DNA from: Octopus vulgaris
Lineage: Eukaryota
Length of the DNA: 64,000 bases
NCBI GenBank assembly: GCA_951406725.2
Contig: OX597815.1
Location: forward strand, 130,820,001-130,884,000
Reading direction: 5' to 3'
Shown piece by piece: positions 42,258 to 55,090 of the stretch; position 1 is the stretch's first letter; the number at the start of each line of letters is the position of its first letter. The notes beneath the pieces are model-generated. The model worked only from the letters and a program-made list of their open reading frames with translations, searched no databases and was not told the DNA's origin. The translations under genes were made by a program, and so were the position numbers.

Positions 42258-42395
42258 ACATCAAAAAATATCTTAGGAATGAGAACCCAGGTTTGAAATT
42301 TCCCCAAGACACCTGATGAAGGCTGGAGGATATATCAGCCAAAACATGTTAACAACAAACAAGATGAGGACAGAAATCTGTCAAATGTAAATAAC
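42004..42395 (+). mobile_element. tRNA-headed SINE with 3' minimal-hammerhead remnant
   Basis: A-box-like GGCATAGTGG, anticodon-like GGG-CTACTAA-CCC, B-box-like GAGTTTCATTCC, (AAT)n, then GACAC-CTGATGA-A-GGCTG-loop-CAGCC-AAAAC at 42308-42345. Confidence 0.8.
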
Positions 42396-44143
42396 TTACT
42401 TTTACCGCCAAACTCAACATTACATGCATATCTTGCACATGTATTATATTCATAATCTGATTCAGTAGCTGAGTCATAAAAACAGGACAAACCATGACCA
42501 CTTCCTCTATCCAGACTGTCATTATTACAGTCAAACATCTGTGAGATATCAAATATTTTATCTACATTGAATGAGGGCTGCTTTTTGCAAACAAAACAAC
42601 ATACATTTCTCAACAGAGAAATCAGTCACTGGTAATAAGCTCTCCTCAAAGCAATGCTCTGACATTGCCTGCTTACTCCATTTTAAATGGCCGGCAGCAA
42701 ATCTGATAAAAAGAATACACTCACAAAAAGAAGAAGGAAAAGAGCAACAAAAAATCCCCTTTAAGAATCTTTTGTTAATTTAATGTAAATATAAAATATA
42801 AACAAGAGGCAAAATATAAACAGAGAGAGAGCTCCCCACCCATACTTGAGTGAAGAACCATTGCCATATGCTTCTGGTATTAGAATCTAGGACTTGTGAG
42901 CATTCTCAGTGTTGGATATATGTAATCTGTTTGTGGATAGTTCATATGTTGTTCTTGATAGACTGCTTGGTTGGTTAATTATGTGAAATATTCCTGGGTA
43001 GTTTATTTGTAGTTATTGATAGAATGCTTGGTAGGTTAACTGCATGTGAAATATCTCTAGGTTGTTCTCCCGTAGTTCTCAGAATGTGAATGAAGAAGTT
43101 TTAAATTTCAGAGAATAATTTGAATGCTAAAGGATTAAACAACAAACTCCATTACACTGAGTTTCATAGTTTTGTCAGATGACTTATTAAATACAGGTTG
43201 TTTTGCTATTTCACTTATAGGAGCTACCATAACATGTGGTCTACCTCAGTATATCATCGTCATTTTAATATCCACTCCTCCATGCTTACATTGGTCAGAT
43301 TTTCTACAGCTGGGTATTCTTCTTGTCAGTAATCTTTGCTCACTTTCAAATAAAATAATATTTTCCTATAATTCAACATGTTTTCATGGAAGATTGCAAA
43401 AAAGGAATGACAAAAACTTGTATGCAGGTGACATTGGTTTACAACTATCACATGGTGGTAAGACAAGGAAGCACATACACACACACACTCACACTCACAC
43501 ACACACATGCATGTTCACTGATATACAATCGGTTTTTTTCCTTTTCCCACCTATCAAATCTGCTCATAAGGCTTTGGTCAGACCTATAAAGATGTTCTAG
43601 AAATCTTTACATCTTTACAACATCTTTACAGCCCTGTAAAGATGCTGCGTTGAACAAATGTTGAGTAATGACCTTTTCCATCCCTTGCTTTTCTAAATAT
43701 CCTGAAGAAGGGTTCATAGCCCCGAAATATAGAAATATAAGGTAAAACTACAACTTTGTTTTGTTTTGTTTTCTTGGCCAAGTATTTTTTTCTATAGCCT
43801 TAGCCTGACAGAAGCCTTACGAGTGGGCAGAAACTGAAAGAAACCTTTTGCATCGTCATAATCATCATCATTTAATGTCTGTTGTCTAAGCTGGGATGAG
43901 TTGGACAGTTTGACTAGGGTTGGCAAGCTGGAAGGCTGCTTCAGACTCGTCTGATTTGGCATGGTTTTCTATGGCTGGATACCCTTCCTAATACCAACCA
44001 CTCTAGGGGTGTAATGAGTGCTTTTATGTGCCATCGGCACGGGTACCATTTGTGTGACACCAGTATCTACCACGACTGTGATTTTGCTCAGCTTGATAGG
44101 TCTTTTTCTCAAGTATGACGTAATGCTAAAGGCCTTAGTCATT

Positions 44144-44378
44144 GCCTCCATGAGGTCCAACACTTGAAAGGAACTCAGCCACTTTACATTCATGAGGCCC
44201 AACACTCGAAAGGAACTCAGCCACCTTGCCTCCGTGAGGCCTACTCAAAAGGAACTCAACCATTTTGCCTCTATGAAGCCCAACACTTGAAAGGAACTCA
44301 GCCACTATGCCTCCATGAGGTCCAACGTTCGAAAGGAACTCTGGCACTTTGCCTCCGTGAGGCCCAACATTCAAAGGT
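44144..44378. repeat. ~42-bp tandem array (about 5.5 units) derived from the RTE ORF end
   Basis: GCCTCCATGAGGCCCAACACTCGAAAGGAACTCAGCCACTTT-like units; compare GAGGCCCAACGTTCGAAGG in the RTE at about 62480. Confidence 0.85.
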
Positions 44379-45665
44379 TAATTTTTCATGTGCCACCAGC
44401 ACAGGTGCACTTGGCTTGACGGGTCCTCTTAAGCAGAACACATCACCAAAGGTCTCGGTCACTAGTCATTGCGTGTATATACATATATGTGTGTGTGTGT
44501 GTGTGTGTGTTTGCATGTGTATGTCTGGGTGGGTGTTGTATCTTTATCTTTGTGCTGTTCCACTTGACAACCAGTGCTAGTGTGTTTATGTCCCTGTAAC
44601 CTGTAACTTTGTGGTTTAGAAAAAGACACCGAGACACCGATAGAATAAGTACCAGGTTAAAAAAAAAGTAAGTACTGGGGTTACTTTGTTCAACTAAAAT
44701 TCTTCAAGATGATGCCCCAGCATGGCCATAACCTAATGACTGAAACAAGTAAAAGATAAAAGATCTCATAGGAGACAGTAACAGTCAAAGTTGCCTAATG
44801 GCAGTCCGTCAGTTGCGATGATGAGGGTTCCAGCTGATTTGATTATATCTTGCATCTGCATGTTGCTATAAGCAACAATGCATACGGTTTAGTAAACTAA
44901 ACAACATCCTGCTCTATTGAAAGATGTTCTCGCAAATGTTTGAGAATAGCTGGTAAGAAAATAGATCATGATTTAATATCTTCATATTTGAATTGTCATA
45001 GAAATGTTATCTTGCTTGACAATAAGGTAACAGGAAAGAAGTCGGTGAGCTGGCAGAAATGTTGTCATGCTAGCCAAAATGCTTAGTCACATTTCCTCTG
45101 TCCTTGTGTTCTCCGTTCAAATACCACTGAGGACGATTTTGTTTTTCTTCCTTTCGGGGTCGATAAAAAAAAACACAGTATCGGTTGATCATTGGGGTTG
45201 ATGTAATTGATTTAGCCCCTTAGATCAACGGAACAGCTTGCTTGTGAAATTAACCAGCATGTGGCTGAGCACTCCACAGATACATGTACCCTTAATGTAA
45301 TTCTCAGGGAGAATCAATGGGACACAGAGTGACAAAGCTGGCCCTTTGAAATACAGGTACTATTCATTTTTGCCAGCTGAGTGTACATATAAAGATATAA
45401 AATGCTTGAAATTTTAAATTCTGTTTTAATAGATAATTGATACATATTAGCTAATAGCTCTTACTGTTTATTTCGTGTAAAGCCCTTTAACACTTTGATC
45501 AAACAACTCTGATTACTACAGAGACTTTATTAGTTGTTCAGACAGGGGAAACCCGACATTTTGGAAGCAGGAAAATTGGCACCAAATCACTCAGGGAGTC
45601 ATGTTTTGATACTTTCATCATTTAATAGATTTTGTATGTGTACATCATTATATCTATAACATTAA

Positions 45666-45871
45666 GGCGGTGAACTGGCAGAAACATTAGCATGCCAGGC
45701 AAGCTGCTTAGTGGTATTTCGTCTGTCTTTATGTTCTGAGTTTAAATTCCACCGAGGTTGACTTTTCCTTTCATCCTTTTAGGGTCGATAAATTAAGTAG
45801 TACTGGGGGTCGATCTAATCAACTGGCCCCCTCCCTTCAAAATTTCAGGCCTTGTGCCTAGAGTAGAAAAG
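45666..45871 (+). mobile_element. tRNA-derived SINE, second family (core CTTTGCCTTTCATCCTTT..GGGTCGATAA)
   Basis: GGCGGTGAACTGGCAGAA head, B-box-like GAGTTTAAATTCC, tail TTTCAGGCCTTGTGCCTAGAGTAGAAA. Other copies at about 16895-17105, 23455-23640(-), 36420-36630, 36685-36880, 45045-45220, 48925-49140, 58395-58520. Confidence 0.85.
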
Positions 45872-47142
45872 TTATCTATAACATAATCACACAATCATTT
45901 GTTAGACTAGGCTATCAAATGTTGTTACACATCACTGGTCACTATGCGCTTTGCATCATTTTGGCTTTTGAATGATGCCACCCCACTGGCTGAGCAAGCA
46001 GACCAACATCCATCCCCCCACCCCCGATCAGAAAGCTAGTCTGTCACTGGGTGACCCATTTGCAGCTGAGTGAACTGCAGCAATGTGAAATGAAATGTTT
46101 TGCTTGAGAACATAACACACCGCTTTGGTTCAGGATTGAAACCCATGATCACTAGACCTTGAGTGCAACTTCCTAACCACTGGGCCATATGCCTTCACAT
46201 TAAATTCTATATGTGGTCATTCGATCTGCTAGAAATAGTAACTAAATCTCAAGTAAATCAAATCCCTTCAGTTTTAAAAAGCAAAGAGCATGCTTGATTA
46301 GTTTAAGAAAAAAATGATTGCATGATTATAGCTGGAAAGCCTTTGTGCTTTTAGGGCTGATTTGGGAATTAACAGCAACAACAATGACAGCTATGTTATG
46401 GATGCTAAGGCATTGACAGTGACATAGCTGGAGTGAGTGTTACCTAGAGCAGTCTAGGTTTGTTGCTCTCATGAAAGCATCACCTTGGGCAGAATCCCCA
46501 CCTACTTATATTACTACGCATTAAACTAGTCCAGGTGTAAAAACCTTGAATAATGAAAATATGTTATTAATGTGTCTTTGTTTTTGTCTTGCAAAGTATT
46601 TGGTGACCCTGTCATTGATAGTGCCACAGAGACAGCACTGGTACTGGTGCTACGAAAAGAGCTCTAGTATACTCTGTAAAGTGGTTGGTGTTAGGAAGGA
46701 CAATCAAGCTGTAGAAACCATGCCAAAACAGATGATGGAATCTGGTATTGCTCCTGGCCTTTCCAACTCCCATCAAACTGTTTAACCCATGGCAGCAGGG
46801 AAAACAGACATTAAATGTTGATGATGATGATGATGACGACAATATTATTAAAATTAGAATGTGGGCTCACTAAAATGAACAGAACTGTGTGATTCAAATT
46901 TAGTTCTAGTTGTCACAAATATTGAATTGTCAATGAGTTTATAAGGTATTTATTCGAGTGTTTGGATTTCATCATTTCATGTTTATAATTAAAGAGAAAA
47001 TAAATATTGAATATTAAATGATTTTTATTTTAACTGTCTGGCATCACTTGTTAATGGTTGTTTGTGACTATTTTAGTAGTAATTGGTTTTATAATGATTC
47101 AATATATGAAAAAATAAGAGAATTTTTATTTAAATGTAAAGC

Positions 47143-47287
47143 TATTTTGGTTAACATGCTTATAAAAGTATAAATATATTTTGGCAAATATGTTTATAAA
47201 ACTATAGAGACATTTTGGCAAATATGTATATATAAATTGAGAGATATTTTGGCAAACATGTTTAATAAAAGTATAAAGATATTTTGC
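47143..47287. repeat. 34-bp AT-rich minisatellite, about 4 units
   Basis: TATTTTGGCAAATATGTTTATAAAA-like units. Confidence 0.8.
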
Positions 47288-48850
47288 TTTCTAGTGAATG
47301 GGAACTGAAGCAGCATGTGTTGTGCTGTTAACAAAGAAGATACTAAGTTTTAGACAGCACTATTTCTTGGCATGGAATACTTTCTTCTTCAATAAAGAAC
47401 TCTGCCTGAAATAATAGCTTCTAGTTAATCTCACAGTTCAATAACACACATCACTTCAGTTCTCAATTCCTAATTTAATTGTTGTATATGGTGAACCATC
47501 ACTACTTAACCAATTGTAGAGACCATTCTGTTTTCTAGAGACTTTAAGTTGTGCTGGTTTATATGTTTGCTTTTCATAGTTCATTGGGCAAACACACAAA
47601 GCTGAAATTTCCTAGAAGTAGATAGGGATTTTAGGAGTGAGTTATTTTGGTTAAGAATATACGTTTAAATTTCAGTACCCTGACTCTGAAACTAAATGTG
47701 ACAGATAGGAAACTGGCTTTTTACACAGTCAGTTTTTATTCTGGATTCTAAAGTTGTGAGTTCAATTCCTACCAAGGTCAGCTATGCCTTTCATCCAGGG
47801 GCGTGGGGTGGGGGTGATAACGCATGAATTTATGACAGTGGACATGCTGGTGTCATGTAAAAAGCATCTATACTGGCACCATGTATAAAGCACCTGTGCT
47901 GGTGCCATGTAAAAAGCTTCTGTGCTGGTGCTACTTAAAAACCACTCAGTACACTTTGTAAAGTGGTTTTGTGCTAGGAAAGGAATCCAGCTGTGGAAAC
48001 CTTGTGAAAAGAGACAACTGGAGCCTAGTGCTACCCTTCAACTTGCCAACTCCTGTCAAACCATCTGACCCATGTCAGCAGGGAACACAGAATCAGAAGA
48101 CTACATTTTCTTTGTCCATTTTAATGTTTTCTATGACTGGATGCTTTTGCTGACCCCAATCACTTTACAAAATGTATTGGGTGCACCTTGTGACACCAGC
48201 CCTAGAGAGGTTGTCATCTCCTCAACATGACAAAACTGAAGGGTCTTCTTGAATCTATAATGTCTACACTCTTCTGTCAATCTCTTTACTGAAAATATTT
48301 TACTGTGGTACCAGCTCTTGTGAGTTTCTCTTGTGCTTTGCATAACAAAAGGCAGTTCTCACTATGCTGTATCGTCTCTGCTTATTCAGAGTAAAAGTAA
48401 CCAACAGTGAGTAGAAGAAAGAATGATTGCAGAGAATGAAATATGTGAGAAAGAGAAAGAAAGGACAGTATGAAAAGAGAAAGAGAGTGAATGGAGTGAT
48501 AGTTTGGAAAGAGGAATAAGGAATGGAATAGGTAGTGGGAGAAGTGAAGAGAGACAGCAAAAGCAGAGAGTAATGAGAGAACAATAATAGCATTGGGTAA
48601 TGGGAGAGAGGCACTTATGGTAGTTTGTAGATAAAGGAAAGAGAGAGAGGGAGAGAGAGAGATGGATAATGATGAAAATGGTTTGTGGTAAGAAAGTGTT
48701 ATTGGTGTTAGTAATGAGTGACCATAGCAGCTAGCAGTATAGAAGATTAGGGGGGATACTAGCTGATAAGTGAGAGTACAAGTGATGGATAGTCAATATG
48801 ACAAATGATAAGAGAGAAATGGATGTTAATAACAGTAATCTGAAAGAAAG

Positions 48851-48889
<39 letters not shown>

Positions 48890-50213
48890 AGGGAGGAGAA
48901 TGCAAGTAATTAAAAGTTATGAAAATCAGCAGTTATTAGAGAGGGTAACTACACTGGGCAAAATGTTTGGCAGCATTTCGTCCAAGTTTATTTTCTGGGT
49001 TTAAACTCCGCCAAGGTCGATTTTACCGCTTGTCTTTTCAGGGTTAATAAAATAAACACCATTTGAGCACTGAGGTCGATGTAATTGACTAACCCCTTCC
49101 CCACACCATTTCAGGCCTTGTGCCTACAGTAGAAAGGATTAGAGAGGGTAAAGGATGTCACTAAAACTTAGCAATTAATCCATAATTTCTATTCAACTTC
49201 TTACACTAATTTTATAACCTTTATTTAATAAGCACTGCGGTTGTTGTTGTTGTTAAGCAACAAGATGGGTAAGGGTGATTAGGTGATGGTCTAGGGCTTA
49301 GGGGCGGGAGACCCCAGACCTTAGAAAAAAAAAACTTTGGTCGTCTTGTTGTAGTCGAGGGCTCTTCGTTGACACCTGACACCACTGGGAGGTGGCCCTC
49401 GAAGTCACTGGAAATGGAGATCTCCAGGTCCAAATTCTTGAATGGCTGCTGCTGTTGTTGTTGTTCCTGCTGCTACTGTTGCTGCTGCTGCTGCTGCTTG
49501 ACTAATTCAGCCCCAATGAAGCTGGCTCATGAGTAAAAGCATTCTAACTGTGGTCATCCTAAAGTTTGTTTCAAAGATAGTATTTTTCTAGGACTTCATT
49601 GACCAATGCACCCTTATGTTCATAAGATTGTGCAGGGAATGATTTGGCTGCTATTTATTGCCAATTGAACAACCACATAAAGCAGTGATGGTGAATTTGT
49701 AGAATGCCAGTCAGTAATGACATGCAGCAGAGTTTTAGCTACTACACAATGGAAGAAAATCCCTCAGCAACAGCATGTTAAAAGATCATTTATCTAAAGC
49801 CAAAATGCATGTATATATGTCCCAGTTCATCGTCCTCAAAATAGAGAATTTCTTGTTATTCCACTGTGCTTCATCATCATCATCACAATGATGATGTAAA
49901 CTACCACCACTACCAACAGCAGCACCAGCACTAAAGCCACCGCTGCCACCACCACCACCACCATCATCATTTAATGTCCGTATTTCCATGCTAGCATGGG
50001 TCAGATGGAGTTTGCTGCAGCAAATTTTCCCCTGCTTGGTACCTGCCCATTTCCAAACAAGGTAATATTTTCCCTCCATGACAAGACATGTCTTTCACAC
50101 AAGACACGAAATGAGCAACATTGCTCATCTGATGGTGACACATGTTTACCAACATCACATGTTTACCAACATCACATGATGTCAAGACAAGTGTATACAC
50201 ACACACACACATA

Positions 50214-50531
50214 CAGGCTGTTCAAAAAGTCTCTCCACAGTGAATTCTTTTCATCCTGTGCATGCAGTGAACATATTATTTCAAAGGGACTTTGGCCACC
50301 AAGATCACTTGATTTAACACTGCCACACTTTTTTTTTCTGGGGAGCAAGTAAAGGATCAGTGTACGAGAATCTACTTAAAACCATTAATGAGCTAAAAGA
50401 TGCAATCATAACTTTCACACAGTGCATACCATGTCAGACACTCCAAGATGTATTTCAAAACATGTGTAGAAGAGTCAACTATTTATTTTGCAATAAAATT
50501 CTTACTGCAGAGAGACTTTTTGAACACCCAG
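50214..50531 (+). mobile_element. Tc1/mariner-superfamily deletion derivative
   Basis: TA flanks; TIR CAGGCTGTTCAAAAAGTCTCTC / GAGAGACTTTTTGAACACCCAG; retains WPPRSLDLT..FFF (WPPRSPDL motif) and VYEN..KTINELKDAI. Confidence 0.88.
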
Positions 50532-50535
50532 TACA

Positions 50536-50590
<55 letters not shown>

Positions 50591-53392
50591 ACACGTATAT
50601 TACTCCATTTTAATAGCTTAGTGGAAGCTATAGAATATTATAGAACCACTCAGCTCTGATTGCACTGCTTCTTAGGTTACGAAAAAAAATGTAACTCATT
50701 ACATCATTAATATATTGTGTTTATAGTGAAATACTTCAGCATAATCACATGTAACCTCATGTAAAGTACATTTCATCATGTGACTGCCAATGGATTGTAG
50801 TGTTAGAAATCTTTTAGAACACATTAAGGTGTTTAAAAGTGTCTTATCGAATTTTTCCAGTCTTTTATCCATTAGAAAAACAAATAGAAATTTAACATTT
50901 ATTTATTTGTGTTTATTTCTTCCTCGCAAAGTATTTTAACAAATGTCTAAGCATATCTTATTTTAAAAACATATCAATTTAGAAAATCTCAAAAAAGTAA
51001 AGAAAATAAAAATAAAAAATTTTTTTTATATAATTTTGATATAGGAAGGATTTACTGTTGTTGTTATTATTTTTTTTTTCTGAATGTTATTTTCCTTTAA
51101 AAGTTCAAATTGGTAAAATGTGTTGAATTAATATTGCAATGAAAAAAAAAAAATGCTGAAAGTGTCTTTTATAGATAATTAAATTTCAAGTAAATATCAT
51201 ATGCTACTGCTGCAATGCTGAAAACATCCTATTTTTGGACAGTTATCATGTAACTGTGATGATATGGGGTGTCATATTCCAGTTGTTACAGTGTTATTTA
51301 CCTCTTTTATTTGTTTCAGTCATTTGACTGTGGCCATGCTGGCACACTGCCTTCAGCCGAACTAACTGACCTGAGGACTTATTTTTTTGTAAGCCTAGTA
51401 CTTATTATATCAGACACTTTTGCCGAACTGCTGAGTTATGGGGATGTAAACATACCAACATCAGTTGTCAAGTGATGGTGGGGAGGACAAACACAGACAC
51501 ACACACGCACACATACACACACACACACACACACACATGATGGGTTTCTTTCAGTTTCCGTCTACCAAGTGAATGATGGAAAGGATGATATTAATGGGAG
51601 AAGACCAAAAACGCCTGCCGATTTTTTGCTTCTCTTAAACATTATTCTCTTTCTTTTTTCACAGAAAAAGACAAAATGAGGTAATGAACTTCTTACTTCA
51701 GTTAAGCAAGCTTCTTACCACACAGCCACTCCTGCACCTATAGTCACTCCTGCACCTATGACCACTCCTGCCTATGCTCTGTTGTCTAATTTTAATACAG
51801 GACAATGGTGCAGTGAATGAGTGTTGATTAAAAGTCATGTGTTAAGTGTTGCTGTTCATCTAGTACAGTAATTCTCAACTATTTTTTTCTTTTTTTGCCT
51901 ATGGTTCCCTTTGATTTCTATGTTACTTCACTGTACCTTAAACATTCAATGTTCAAAAATGTCCCATTATATTCTCATAATTAAATCATCGTCAACATTT
52001 AATGTCCGGTGTCCACACTGGTATGAGTTGGATGGCTTGACCAGGGTTGGCAAGCTGGAAGGCTGCACCAGACTCCAATCTGATTTGGCATGGTTTTCTA
52101 TGGCTGGATACCCTCCCTAACGCTAACCACTCTGAGAATGTAATGAGTGGTTTTATGTGCCACATGCATGGGTGCCATTTGTGTGACACCAGTGTCTGTC
52201 ACAACTGCAACTGTGCTCAGCTTGATGGGTCCTATTAGGAATTATATAAAAATAAATATAAGAATATTTTGTGTATTGTAGGAGTATATTTAGTTTATAG
52301 CACATAAATTTTGACAGCAAAATCTTATATGGGTCCTCAAGGTTCATATGAGCCCCAACTGAGAACCTCTAGTCTCGCTGGTTTGGGCTGAATCCTTAGG
52401 GCAGTGATCTATCTATGATCTAGTTCCAGTAGAATGAACATGCAACATCACTAGAATGAAAATAACTGAGAGAGAGAGAGACAGAAGGAGAGAGACAGGG
52501 AGAGAGAGAGAGTATTTCTTGCATGGATAGTGAAATGCAAACTGATTTACTTTCATGAATTAAATGGTAAAAGGTTTGATTAAAAATTCTCAGAATGTTA
52601 CTGAATATGACTGTCACCTGAAGAAGGCCTAAACATTGTGACTATAACAACCATAGTTGAATACTAGTCTGAATATATTGGTCATCATCATCATCATCAT
52701 CATTATCACCATCATCATCATCATCATCATCCAGTTTCTTGTGCAGGCATAGGTTGAATGGAATTTGTAGAGGCAGATTTTTTATGGTCAGATGCCTTTC
52801 ATCTATTTCTGAGCAAAGTAATATTTCCCCTTAGCCAGACATGTTTCCACAGAAGACTGGAAATGAGGGAATCCATTTGTATAATGTGATGTTCATTTGT
52901 AGCTATCTGTGTCCTGATGACAGGACACAGATTCACAATCACACTCACACAAACACACAATCATATATACACAAATATGATGGGCTTCTTGCAGTTTCCA
53001 ACAAGCAAATCTACTTCAGGAGTAAGAAACTCCCCAGAGGAGTTACAGTTATATGAAATATCCAAGTGGTTTAAATGCACAAGTCTCCAATATCCAAGGG
53101 GTTAAAAAGTCTCAACAGAAGGGTATCCAGGAGTCATGACCTGGATGTGGCCCAGCCCCTTTAGAGTATAAGAAGTTAAGGCCAAAACACTTGCCAGAGG
53201 AGAAGTTTCTTCTCTGAAGACCTTCTGTTGTTCACTTTCCTCGAGAGTTTTTTCATACCACTGAAGACACTTTGCCCAAGACACTTTGGGAAGCAAACGT
53301 CTTGACTCACAACCATGCTTGTACCAGTGTATATGAAAATAAAATTCTTTATATGTTTTTTACTTCAGGAAGCAAAAAAAAAAAAAAAAGTA

Positions 53393-53787
53393 GGTGCAGG
53401 CGTGGTTATGTGGTAAGTAGCTTGCTTACTAACCACATGGTTCCAGGTTCAGTCACACTGCATGGCACCTTGAGTAAATGTCTTCTATAGCCTCGGGCCA
53501 ACCAAAGCCTTGTGAGAGGATTTGGTAGACAGAAACTGAAAGAAGCCTGTTGTGTGTGTATATATATATATATATTTATACACACGTGTGTGTGTATGTT
53601 TGTCCCACCACCATCGCTTGACAACCGATGTTGGTGTGTATACATCCTGCAACTTAGCGGTTCGGCGAAAGAGACCAATAGGATAAGTACTAGGCTTACA
53701 AAGAATAAGTCCTGGGGTAGATTTACTCAACTAAAGGTGGTGCTCCAGCATGGCTGCAGTCAAATGGCTGAAACCAATAAAAGAGTA
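53393..53787 (+). mobile_element. tRNA-SINE, internal-microsatellite family, full length
   Basis: GGTGCAGGCGTGGTTATGTGGTAAG head through ...GCAGTCAAATGGCTGAAACC tail. Confidence 0.9.
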
Positions 53788-54784
53788 ACTTATTTCAATA
53801 TCTTTAATACCAACAACCAAAAACTATATTAAAATTTTGCTTTGTATGCAATTATTTTAGCCATAATCTTAATCTGGGTATTTTGGAGTTAAATACAGCA
53901 AGAATCTTTTGCTTAGATTTTATCTTTCAACAGACTTTACAGCAACATTTCATTAATCATTTACAGCAATGCTTTATATAGTACTGAACTGATCAATTTT
54001 TCATAAAAGGTCATATTTATTTATAACATTTACAAAAATGCCGTTTTTCCAGTTGATAAATGTAACATCCTAAAAAGAGTCTTGGAGAATGTCTGAAGTA
54101 GGTTTGACCTTTTCTCACTAATCTTTTCTCTGGTTATGAACCACAGTTCATAGAATATTATTTTAGAATAGGCTTCTTTTAGTTTTGTTCCAACTTTACA
54201 AATTCATTAGGAATCTGCTTTCTACTTACCATAAGGTAGAATTCCTGTCAGTGTGTTTTTAGCTCAATAAATTATGTACTTGGATAAGGGAAAGAAAAAA
54301 ATTCTGAGTAAGAAATAAAAATATATTATTTTCCCATCCCGGTTCTCTCCCCCCCTTCTCCCCCTCCCCTTCCTATTTTTATAATTTTTTGCAGCAAAGT
54401 TATTTTTGTACTGCACAAATATCATTTTTGTATTTCAGCACATGTCCACATATTTATAGGAGGGGTGTAATACAGATGACTGTATTAACTCCAGTGTGAG
54501 GCTGCTACTTAATCTATAGACCCAGGAATGAGGGCCTATAGGATTTAAACTCAAAATATGGAAAAAAACAAACTCCAATTTAACCACCTCCACTGTCAAC
54601 ATCATCTTTGTCATTTCTAACATTGTGGTCATTATACTCCTCCTCCTCCTCCTCCTCCTCCTCATCATCATCATCATCATCACTGTCATCATCATTGGGA
54701 TAGCATTGTCATCACCATCAGTGGTGGCAATGGCAAAAGCAGCAGTGTCAGCAATATTGATGGAGGAAGCAGTGGCAGTTTTTG

Positions 54785-55090
54785 TTGTTTGTTCCTTCTT
54801 GAGCCGCACTTGGCTCATAAGGGCTGGTTTCCTGGTTTCCTTGGCGTATAGGTTCCCCACCTGGATGGGACACCGGTCCATCACAGGTGAGCTGCAAGAT
54901 ACAGGAGGAAAGAGTGAGAGAAAGTTGTGGCAAAAGAGTCAGCAGAAGTTCGCCATTACCTTCTACCAGAGCCACGTGGAGCTTAGGTGTTTCGCTCATA
55001 AACACACACATCACCCAGTCTGAGATTCGAACCCACGATTCCTCAACCGTGAGTCCACTGCTCTAACCACTGGGCCATGTGCCTCCACAA
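54785..55090 (-). mobile_element. tRNA-SINE (third type)
   Basis: A box TGGCCCAGTGG, B box GGTTCGAATC; tail CTGTGATGGACCGGTGTCCCATCCAGG...GGAAACCAGGAAACC. Confidence 0.8.

Noticed and set aside
42335-42613. 92-aa acidic minus-strand ORF (possible transposase N-terminus)
   Set aside because: No diagnostic motif, TIR or splice support, and it runs into the SINE.
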